From Mobula hypostoma (lineage: Eukaryota): a DNA stretch of 64,000 bases. Where the stretch lies: NCBI RefSeq assembly GCF_963921235.1, contig NC_086108.1, forward strand, positions 29,204,001-29,268,000. The letters run 5' to 3'. A program made the position numbers and the translations under genes. Of the stretch, positions 1 through 11,102 are shown one piece after another; positions within the stretch are counted from its first letter, which is position 1; every line of letters starts with the position of its first letter. The notes below the pieces were generated by a model that was given only the letters and a program-made list of their open reading frames with translations, did not search any database and was not told the DNA's origin.

Positions 1-1137
1 TTTAGAAGTATGTCATACAGTGTCGATTACCCTCGCTTAGTCTCTCAGTGGTTTGGTTTGTTTCCAAATAACTGGTACAGGAGGCAAGGGACTGAGTGAT
101 GGGCAGGTACTCCATCACATGACAAACCTCCACAGAACATTGATCAACACAGTTTATAATCAAATGTTCAATGGTTGACTATGTCTGTTCGAGTCTTCTG
201 TGATGAAATGCTGACATAAATAAACAAATTTGGTCTAACATTGGACGGATTCTACTTTAAATCCAGTTTCAACATCATAAGAGCATAAAAACCAGCAGCA
301 AGTACATTAGCAGACTCCTTTCAGAATCAATATAAAATCAGAGGGAAGACTCTTCATAAAGGGTTTCAGCTGATAAAGGACCAGCCAACTAATTAGTACA
401 GCAGAGTTTGAAAATATTTTGCTAGTCAAGGTCAGTTGTTATCAGCTGTACACAGGGAAGAGTGGACCTTGTCCTTCTGAATCCAACAGGGAGTGTAGAA
501 TTACACCACCTTCACGGTGCAGAGAAGACACTTGGACAATCTTTATCACTTGGATGCTTTATGTGACTCGCCCCTCACTTCTCCATACCACCCTGTCACC
601 ACACACTTGTATTCCTTTCTTGTTTAGGTTCTCATTTCCCTTCCTGCTATATGCATCAAATTCTTTTCACCCTACTTACTCTATTGGTGGTACTTTCCAC
701 ATTCTCTCCTTTTAATGTTTGAAGACATTTCTTTGCAATACTCTGTGCATTTGGCAGCATTTATTATACACTTGTTGTCCCGATTTCAATCCCCCAAGTA
801 CTGGACAGCTTTTCTTGGTCTACCCTGTCAAATTGTGTCAGGTCATCCCTTAATCACTTTGTCTTAAGGGAAGAATTTCCCAGCTTGCTGAATAATTTCA
901 AATGTGTAACCACAGAAGAATGGTTTGTACATGAGAGACTGGCTTAAGACCATCATCAACAAAAGCATGTTCTGTCAATCAGTGAGGTCTTGGCCAATGT
1001 ATATCCCAAGTTCACAAGTTCACTTGATTAATAATTATGAATTATTAATTGACCAAGCATTCCACTACTTCCCTTTATGTGAGGAAGTGCCTCCTAGCTT
1101 CTCCTGATTTTAAGGAAGGGCACTGCTCTAGATTACA

Positions 1138-1475
1138 CAGAATCAGAATCAGGTTTATTATCACTGATGAATGTTGTGAAATTTGTTGTTTTGTGGCAGC
1201 AGTACAGTGCAATACAGAAAAAAAAACATGTTACAATAAAGAATATATTAAAAAACACAAGTAGTGCAAAAAGATTGCAAATTACATTCATGGGTTTATG
1301 GACCGTTCAGTTATCTGATTGCAGAGGAGACGGAGCCAATCCTAAATCATTGAGTGTGTGTCTTCAGGCTCCAAAATCTCCTCACTGATGATAGTAATAA
1401 GAAAAGATGAGTTGTCTTTAACGATGGCTCTGACTTTTAAAGATATCCTCGATGGTGGGGAGGCTTGTGCCAATG
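1138..1475 (-). mobile_element. Old Rex/Babar-like non-LTR 3' fragment, (TTCTGA)n tail
   Basis: cagaatcagaatcaggtttattatcactga at ~1138 is the reverse of a (TTCTGA)n tail plus AATAAA; the same module recurs at 29068 (-) and 30040-30062 (+). Confidence 0.55.
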
Positions 1476-1519
1476 TGAGAAGCATAACTCACATGTATGA
1501 GAAGCATAACTCACATGTA
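1476..1519. repeat. 22-bp tandem duplication at the 5' junction of a CR1
   Basis: tgagaagcataactcacatgta at 1476-1497 and again at 1498-1519. Confidence 0.9.
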
Positions 1520-2142
1520 TCAGTATCGCAGTGGAACAAAGGGAATTACAGAGGCATGAGAGAGGAGCTTGCCCAGGTGGATTGGAGGAGGATACTGGCA
1601 GGGATGGCGGCAGAGCAGAGATGGCTGAAGTTTCTGGGAAGAGTTACCAAGGTGCAGGATAGATATATTCCACAGAGGAAGAAGTTCTCAAATGGCAGGG
1701 GTAGGCAACTGTGGCTGACAAAAGAAGTTAAAGACTGCATAAAAGCCAAGGAGGGTTCCGGTGATGTCATCATCCAGAATGGCCGCTTAAATCAATAGCT
1801 CCTCTGGAAAAACGCATATTTTGCCACGTTAATCCAGATAATAAGATCTTTCAAAAATATCTGAGTTGATAAGGGGGGCAAGAATGACAAAAAAGAATGG
1901 AGATAAAAAAAAGCATCACTGTGAAGCCTATGGAAGAGAGAGGTACAACCAGCGGCTCTCCTACACGTGCGCGTAGTGGCGAGGCTGACAATGGGCCTCG
2001 TGCAGGCGAAGTGGCAAATATGATAAAAATTCTGGAAGCGATAAGGGAAGTCCAAAAAGATATAAAACAGCAACTCAGTGATATCATGTCAGAGCTTGCC
2101 AATGTCAATCAGAAAATAGTGGTGGCAGAGACTCGAATTGAG

Positions 2143-4609
2143 AAACATAGAAACATAGAAACATAGAAAATAGGTGCAGGAGTAGGCCATTCGGCCCTTC
2201 GAGCCTGCACTGCCATTTATTATGATCATGGCTGATCCTCCAACTCAGAACCCCGCCCCAGCCTTCCCTCCATACCCACTGACCCCCGTAGCCACAAGGG
2301 CCATATCTAACTCCCTCTTAAATATAGCCAATGAACTGGCCTCAACTGTTTCCTGTGGCAGAGAATTCCACAGATTCACCACTCTCTGTGTGAAGAAGTT
2401 TTTCCTAATCTCGGTCCTAAAAGGCTTCCCCTCTATCCTCAAACTGTGGCCCCTCGTTCTAGACTTCCCCAACATCGGGAACAATCTTTCTGCATCTAGC
2501 CTGTCCAATCCCTTTAGGATTTTATACGTTTTAATCAGATCCCCCCGTAATCTTCTAAATTCCAATGAGTACAAGCCCAGTTCATCCAGTCTTTCTTCAT
2601 ATGAAAGTCCTGCCATCCCAGGAATCAATCTGGTGAACCTTCTTTGTACTCCCTCTATGGCAAGGATGTCTTTCCTCAGATTAGGGGACCAAACCTGCAC
2701 ACAATACTCCAGGTGTGGTCTCACCAAGGCCTTGTACAACTGCAGTAGTACCTCCCTGCTCCTGTACTCGAATCCTCTCGCTATAAATGCTAGCATACCA
2801 TTCGCCTTTTTCACCACCTGCTGTACCTGCATGCCCACTTTCAATGACTGGTGTATAATGACACCCAGGTCTCGTTGCACCTCCCCTTTTCCTAATCGGC
2901 CACCATTCAGATAATAATCTGTTTTCCTATTTTTGCCACCAAAGTGGATAACTTCACATTTATCCACATTAAATTGCATCTGCCATGAATTTGCCCACTC
3001 ACCCAACCTATCCAAGTCACCCTGCATCCTCTTAGCATCCTCCTCACAGCTAACACTGCCACCCAGCTTCGTGTCATCCGCAAACTTGGAGATGCTGCAT
3101 TTAATTCCCTCATCCAAGTCATTAATATATATTGTAAACAACTGGGGTCCCAGCACTGAGCCTTGCGGTACCCCACTAGTCACCGCCTGCCATTCTGAAA
3201 AGGTCCCGTTTATTCCCACTCTTTGCTTCCTGTCTGCTAACCAATTCTCCACCCACACCAATACCTTACCCCCAATACCGTGTGCTTTAAGTTTGCACAC
3301 TAATCTCCTGTGTGGGACCTTGTGAAAAGCCTTTTGAAAATCCAAATATACCACATCCACTGGTTCTCCCCTATCCACTCTACTAGTTACATCCTCAAAA
3401 AATTCTATGAGATTCGTCAGACATGATTTTCCTTTCACAAATCCATGCTGACTTTGTCCGATCATTTCACCGCTTTCCAAATGTGCTGTTATCACATCCT
3501 TGATGACTGACTCCAGTAGTTTCCCCACCACCGACGTTAGGCTAACCGGTCTATAATTCCCCGGTTTCTCTCTCCCTCCTTTTTTAAAAAGTGGAGTTAC
3601 ATTAGCCACCCTCCAATCCTCAGGAACTAGTCCAGAATCTAACGAGTTTTGAAAAATTATGACTAATGCATCCACTATTTCTTGGGCTACTTCCTTAAGC
3701 ACTCTAGGATGCAGACCATCTGGCCCTGGGGATTTATCTGCCTTCAATCCCTTCAATTTACCTAACACCACTTCCCTACTAACATGTATTTCGCTCAGTT
3801 CCTCCATCTCACTGGACCCTCTGTCCCCTACTATTTCTGGAAGATTATTTATGTCCTCCTTAGTGAAGACAGAACCAAAGTAATTATTCAATTGGTCTGC
3901 CATGTCCTTGCTCCCCATAATCAATTCACCTGTTTCTGTCTGCAGGGGACCTACATTTGTCTTTACCAGTCTTTTCCTTTTTACATATCTATAAAAGCTT
4001 TTACAGTCCGTTTTTATGTTCCCTGCCAGTTTTCTCTCATAATCTGTTTTCCCCTTCCTAATTAAGCCCTTTGTCCTCCTCTGCTGAACTCTGAATTTCT
4101 CCCAGTCTTCAGGTGAGCCACTTTCTCTGGCTAATTTGTATGCTTCTTCTTTGGAATTGATACTATCCCTAATTTCTCTTGTCAGCCACGGGTGCACTAC
4201 CTTCCTTGATTTACTTTTTTGCCAAACTGGGATGAACAATTGTTGTAGTTCATCCATGCAACCTTTAAATGCTTGGCATTGCATATCCACCGTCAATCCT
4301 TTAAGTGTCATTTGCCAGTCTATCTTAGCTAATTCACATCTCATACCTTCAAAGTTACCCCTCTTTAAGTTCAGAACCTTTGTTTCTGAATTAACTATGT
4401 CACTCTCCATCTTAATGAAGAATTCCACCATATTATGGTCACTCTTACCCAAGGGGCCTCTCACAACAAGATCGCTAATTAACCCTTCCTCATTGCTCAA
4501 AACCCAGTCCAGAATAGCCTGCTCTCTAGTTGGTTCCTCGAAATGTTGGTTCAAAAAACCATCCCGCATACATTCCAAGAAATCCTCTTCCTCAGCATCT
4601 TTACCAATT
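2143..4609 (-). mobile_element. Young 5'-truncated CR1 (HER1-like) copy A
   Basis: (AAACATAG)n tail at 2143-2166; uninterrupted ORF2 frame; inserted in L1 ORF1. Confidence 0.95.
2245..4609 (-). pseudogene. CR1 ORF2 (end of endonuclease plus complete RT domain), open but 5'-truncated
   Basis: [44 protein letters not shown]; the ORF-track start at 4632 lies in flanking L1 antisense sequence. Confidence 0.9.
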
Positions 4610-7554
4610 GGAAGATGGAAGATCACCTGCAAAACGTGGAATGGATACTAAGTAAGCCGATAAAAATATTAAATCAACAGGAAAGTAAATTGCTTGACCA
4701 GGAGGGAAGATTGTAACGGAAAAATATCAGCATTTATAATGTTCCTGAAGGAGCAGAGGGGTTGTCGATGATGGAGTTTGTAGAAAAGTTGCTGTGGGAA
4801 GTGCTGGAGATTCCCCCGACTATGAAGATTGAAATTGAACGGGTGCATCGTGCACTCGTCCCGAGGCCCCCCGGAGACAGAGAGAGTAAGCCTTAGTACT
4901 TAGTAAGGAATAGTGCTTAGATTCTTTCGATTCAAGAGAAAGGCAGAGATTCTACAAAGGGCCTGGGGTAAGAAGAGGGTGTTTTGGAACGGGAAGTTAA
5001 TATATTTTGATCATGATTACTCCCCGGTGGTCCTACAGAAATGGAAGGAATATTCCGAAGCAAAACAAATATTAAAGCAAGAAAAAATTAAATTCCAAAC
5101 CCCGTACACTGCTAAACTGAGAATATTTTACGAAGGAGGGATACAGCTCCTACAGGGATGTAGTTGCAGTGGGAGAGGCAACTACAGACATGAACAACAG
5201 AGGGCTGCCTGTTAGCATGGTCAAACCAAGGGAAAGTCTGGCTGAGCAGTTACCCGATCTGCTGGAGAAATAGTAAGAGAACCAAGAAAGCAGGGGACGA
5301 GAGGAGGACGAGAGAAGGATATTAGAAAGAGACTGTGACTTCTCCGAAGACAGCCCTCACCTCCTCCAGAAGAGCCATAAGGTTTGGCTAACTTTAAAAG
5401 TGCTGATAAACTAAATGGAAGCAAAAATAGATGGTGATATACCTATCTCAAGAAATACGTGTTATAATATGGATTTTATATTACTCAATGTTTTTTATTC
5501 ATTCATTCACTCCTTTCTCCCCACCTAAATGAGAATATATATATGGGAGGAATACACAGGGAAATCATTTCTGTGTAATGGACATAGATTTTTTTACTTA
5601 CTTTTATAGGTACTGCAGCGGGTGCCCTCAACTCACAGGTAGGAGGGGCTATCCCCCACAGCTAGATGTTCCTTCTAGCTCAACCCAGGGTCATCTAGAG
5701 ACCCCAGCCTTGCAGTCACAACTTCGTTACCTTGTTTAAAAATTATTTGCGTTTCTTGGTTCTTATTTGTTCAGGGAGTAGATCAATTAAGTTATATTCT
5801 GCTAATTTCAGTGATATACTAACAGATACATACACATGGCTAAGGACAAAGTAAAATTCATTTCTTTTAATGTCAATGAGCTGTTAAATCCAATCAAATG
5901 AAGTAAAATTCTATCACAAATCAAAAAAAGAACAAGCCCATGTAATTTATTTACAGGAAACTGGCTTAAGTGATAATGAGCATGGAAAATTAAAGAGAAT
6001 GGGCTTCACTAATTTGTTTTTCTCCACATATAAATCAGGACATAGAAGAGGAGTTGCTATTCTCATCTCAAGCAAGCTAAATTTTGAAAAAGTATTCGAA
6101 ATGGGAGATAAGGAGGGCAGATATATTCTGGTAAGGGGGAATATAGATGGAAATCCAGTTACTTTATTGAATATCTACACACCCCCAGGAAGTGATAATA
6201 GTTTCTTCCAGAAAATTACTAATATTATGGTAATGGAAACAGAACGTCTCTTGATATGTGGGGGAGACTTAAATTTACAATTACAACCAAAGTTAGACTC
6301 TTCCAATAGAAAAACTTAAGAAACAAAGTCCTTACATAAGAAAGTTAACACTCTTTTTAAGGATGTTGGTCTAACTGATATATGGAAGGATCTTTTCCCT
6401 GATAGAAGGGATTACACTCAATATTCTGCCCCCCATTCTGTATATACAAGAATAGACTATTTCATAACATTTGGAAAAGATAGAGACAAAATAAACACCT
6501 GTGGAATTGGCGCAATAGATGTAAGTGACCATGCACCTTTCTAGGAATAAAACGTTAGAGGAATTACAAAATAAACTGAAGGAACTAGACAAACACACAA
6601 ATTGAGTTTGGCACAGGATACACTAGAGGAAATTTTAAAAAATTAGGAATGAAATTAATAGTTTGGCTACACAAGAAGTTAGAAAAAAATTAATGTTTCT
6701 GAAACAGAGACACTATGAAAGTGGATCTAAATCTATGAAAATACTGGCATGGAAACTGAAAAAAAAGATAGAAAATACAATTCATAAAATTAGGGATCCA
6801 AGAACAAAAGTGATAAAAAATAAGTGAAATTGAAGAAGCTTTTGAAATGTTTTACAGAATTCTATATTCCAAAGCTCCAGGGGGAAGCACAGCCCAGATT
6901 GACATCTTTCTGAATTCTTTAGAGTTACCCACTTTAAGCAAAGAACAAAATAGAACGATGACAGCTGACATAACTGAAGCTGAACTAAAAACTGCAATTA
7001 GTAGGCTTAAATTAAGCAAGTCACCAGGATCAGATGGATATACGGCAGAGTGGTATAAAGAGTTTAGAAGCGAGTTAATTCCTGTTTTACTCCCCACACT
7101 GAACTGGGCCCTAAGAAAGGCACAAATGCCACCCAGCTGGAAGGAGGTGATAATCTCAGCTATACCGAAAGAAGGCAAGGATAAAATGGAATGTGGGTCA
7201 TTTAGACCAATATCTGTTCTTAATGTGGATTATAGATTGTTTACCTCAATCATGGCCAAATGATTAGAAAAGTTTCTACCCACACTGATACATAATGATC
7301 AGACAGGTTTTATACAACAACATCAAACACACAACAATATACGAAGGACACTTCACATTATGGATCATATAAAAAAATGAAATTGAGGCAATAGTGATAA
7401 GCGTAGATGCTGAAAAGGCATTTGATTCGGTTAATTGGAATTTTCTTCACAGAGTTTTACATAGATTTGGTCTACATGACACAATTATTAAAACTATACA
7501 GGCACTATATGACAATCCTACTGCTTGGATTTAAATCAATGGATATTTATCTAA

Positions 7555-8233
7555 GGAGGAGGAGGAGAAGATGGCGACGCGACGCAGCTTGCAGCGGCCA
7601 CTCCGGTGAATGATATCTGTTATCTGTCAAGTAGGGTGCCACGCACAATCCTGATTTGATGGAGACAGACATGAAAGCACGGAGGAACATCTGGTGAAAC
7701 TTCTGAAATGCCTGCTTCACTGCCGCTGCTACTGTGTGATCCAGAATCTCCGGAGGGGAAGGTCCCGAGTCCTCGGCTTTGCTTGTTGCTCGGCGGCTGG
7801 GGCAGGGTCGAAGCACTCGGCAGAGATGGTGCTCGGTGCTTGGTGTTGGAGGGCTGGTCGGAGGCTCGAAGTTTTTGGATGGACTCAGAGTCGGCTGCGG
7901 TCGGGTGCTTCCGATGCATCGGCAAGTTTGCGGTGCTTGGAGGTTCATGGCAGGGAGGGTTTCTCCCTTCTACCGTCTGCGTGAGATGATGGGACTATCG
8001 GGACTTGAGACTTTTTTTTACCGTATCCATGGTCTGCTCTTTATCAAATTATGGTATTGCTTTGCACTGTTGTAACTATATGCTATAATTATGTGGTTTT
8101 GTCAGTTTTAATCTTGGTTTGTCCTGTGTTTCTATGATATCTTTCTGGAGGAACATTGTATCATTTTTTAATGCATGCATTTCTAAATGACAATAAAAGA
8201 GGACTGAGTGTCCTCATAATCTAATCTAATCTA
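7555..8233 (+). mobile_element. Non-autonomous retroelement, (GGA)n-AAGATGGCG head and (ATCTA)n tail, copy 1
   Basis: Interrupts L1 RT (INGYLS|NSFT) with atctaa duplicated at 7549-7554 and 8234-8239; homologous to 14031-14548 and 39620-40303. Confidence 0.9.
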
Positions 8234-9455
8234 ATCTAATAGTTTTACCCTTCGTATTATATCTGGAACCACTAGCTCAACACATCAGGGGAATTACTAT
8301 TAAAGGGACAGAACATAAATTGGCCTGTTACGTGGATGATATTTTGATCTATCTAGGGCGACCAACATACTCTTTACCTACATTGATGCAATCCTTTGAA
8401 CAATATGGCCAATTATCAGGATACAAGATCAACATAGATAAAACCCAACTACTTTCATATAACTATAGACCACCAAGAGAAATTGAAAGTAGATATCCTT
8501 GGGCATGGCAAACAGAGTCTGTCATATATTTGGGCATCATTATGCCAAAAGATTTGGCAAAATTATCAGAATGCAATTATCAGTCTATATATAAAACAAT
8601 TAAGAAAGATATAACAAGATGGAACCTAATTCCTTTTCTTGGTCTCAGTTCAAGGATTGAATCTATTAAAATGAATACACTGCCCAGACTACTATATCTC
8701 TTTCAGACCCTACCAATAGAGATTAACCGAAATCAATTCCATGAATGGAACAAGATGCTATCAAGATATATGTGGCAAGGTAAAAGGCCTAGAGTTCATC
8801 TCAAAACTCTGTAGTTAGCCAAGGAAAGGAGGGGGGGATGGGGCCTACCTTCTCTTAGAGATTACTATTTTGCAGCACAGTTGAGAGCTGTGATATGCTG
8901 GTGCAACCCCTCATGTGACGCTAAATGGAAAAAATTGAGGAGAGGATGCTTTCCATCCCCATACAGGCAATTTTGGCTGATAACAACCTACAAAGTTACA
9001 TAAATACTATTGATAACCCATGGGTGAAATGGACTCTTAAAATATGGAAAACTATTCTAAAAGATTATAAACTTGAGAGAGACATTGCAATTCTTAAATG
9101 GTGTGCATATGACTCGGATTTTACGCCAAATAAACTGGATGCTAGATTTAAGGACTGGACAGCTAAAGGAATAACAGCTATTTGCAATATAATGAAAGAA
9201 GGAACACTGTTCAGTTTTGAAATGCTCAAAGAGAAACACTTAGTAGAAAAACAAGATTTTTTTACAGATGCGACAGTATCTTAATAGGACGGTTAAAAAT
9301 GTAACCAAGGCAGGTACATGCTTGATAGAGCTATTTAGAAAAGCATATAATTCAGACAACGGTAGTAGAATAATTTTAAGCATGTATAAGGGTTTGTCAG
9401 ATCTTAAAACACATTCGACTTCATACATTAAAACAAAATTGGAGAAGGATGGAGG

Positions 9456-11102
9456 CGAAATACATGTTAGTAGGGAAGTGGTGTTAGGTAAATTGAAGGG
9501 ATTGAAGGCAGATAAATCCTCAGGGCCAGATGGTCTGCATCCTAGAGTGCTTAAGGAAGTAGCCCAAGAAATAGTGGATGCATTAGTGATAATTTTTCAA
9601 AACTCGTTAGATTCTGGACTAGTTCCTGAGGATTGGAGGGTGGCTAATGTAACCCCACTTTTTAAAAAAGGAGGGAGAGAGAAACCGGGGAATTATAGAC
9701 CGGTTAGCCTAACGTCGGTGGTGGGGAAACTGCTGGAGTCAGTTATCAAAGATGTGATAACAGCACATTTGGAAAGCGGTGAAATCATCGGACAACGTCA
9801 GCATGGATTTGTGAAAGGAAAATCATGTCTGACGAATCTCATAGAATTTTTTGAGGATGTAACTAGTAGAGTGGATAGGGGAGAACCAGTGGATGTGGTA
9901 TATTTGGATTTTCAAAAGGCTTTTCACAAGGTCCCACACAGGAGATTAGGGTGCAAACTTAAAGCACACGGTATTGGGGGTAAGGTATTGATGTGGATGG
10001 AGAATTAGTTAGCAGACAGGAAGCAAAGAGTGGGAATAAACGGGACTTTTTCAGAATGGCAGGCGGTGACTAGTGGGGTACCGCAAGGCTCAGTGCTGGG
10101 ACCCCAGTTGTTTACAATATATATTAATGACTTGGATGAGGGAATTAAATGCAGCATCTCCAAGTCTGCGGATGACACGAAGCTGGGTGGCAGTGTTAGC
10201 TGTGAGGAGGATGCTAAGAGGATGCAGAGTGACTTGGATAGGTTGGGTGAGTGGGCAAATTCAGGGCAGATGCAATTTAATGTGGATAAATGTGAAGTTA
10301 TCCACTTTGGTGGCAAAAATAGGAAAACAGATTATTATCTGAATGGTGGCCGATTAGGAAAAGGGGAGGTGCAACGAGACCTGGGTGTCATTATACACCA
10401 GTCATTGAAAGTGGGCATGCAGGTACAGCAGGTGGTGAAAAAGGCGAATGGTATGCTGGCATTTATAGCGAGAGGATTCGAGTACAGGAGCAGGGAGGTA
10501 CTACTGCAGTTGTACAAGGCCTTGGTGAGACCACACCTGGAGTATTGTGTGCAGTTTTGGTCCCCTAATCTGAGGAAAGACATCCTTGCCATAGAGGGAG
10601 TACAAAGAAAGTTCACCAGATTGATTCCTGGGATGGCAGGACTTTCATATGAAGAAAGACTGGATGAACTGGGCTTGTACTCGTTGGAATTTAGAAGATT
10701 ACGGGGGGATCTGATTGAAACGTATAAAATCCTGAAGGGATTGGACAGGCTAGATGCAGGAAGATTGTTCCCGATGTTGGGGAAGTCCAGAACAAGGGGT
10801 CACAGTTTGAGGATAAAGGGGAAGCCTTTTAGGACCGAGATAAGGAAAAACTTCTTCACACAGAGAGTGGTGAATCTGTGGAATTCTCTGTCACAGGAAA
10901 CAGTTGAGGCCAGTTCATTGGCTATATTTAAGAGGGAGTTAGATATGGCCCTTGTGGCTACGGGGATCAGGGGGTATGTAGGGAAGGCTGGGGTGTGGTT
11001 CTGAGTTGGATGATCAGCCATGATCATAATAAATGGCGGTGCAGGCTCGAAGGGCCGAATGGCCTACTCCTGCACCTATTTTCTATGTTTCTATGTTTCT
11101 AT
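9456..11102 (+). mobile_element. Young 5'-truncated CR1 copy B
   Basis: RT ORFs 9456-10008 and 10030-11004 separated by one stop; (TTTCTATG)n tail; splits L1 ORF2 between KDGG and IIISEEE. Confidence 0.95.

Larger units (their letters stand above)
1883..5380 (+). pseudogene. L1 ORF1 (RNA-binding/coiled coil), interrupted by a CR1 at 2143-4609
   Basis: Coiled-coil ILEAIREVQKDIKQQLSDI...ETRIEK resumes after the CR1; IYNVPEGAEG, IERVHR, LRFFRFKRKAEILQRAW and IYFDHDYSP are L1 ORF1-type motifs; internal stops. Confidence 0.85.

Noticed and set aside
2222..4651. Long antisense ORFs over CR1 copies (also over B, C and the Gypsy)
   Set aside because: Shadow frames of TE coding sequence with no independent evidence of coding.
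7547..8075. Several 90-130 aa ORFs in the YY1-headed element
   Set aside because: Frames shift between the three copies; consistent with GC-rich non-coding sequence.
9268..10008. 246-aa ORF fusing L1 ORF2 in frame to CR1 RT
   Set aside because: An in-frame junction is expected one time in three; the upstream L1 frame is broken and the CR1 part stops at 10006-10008.
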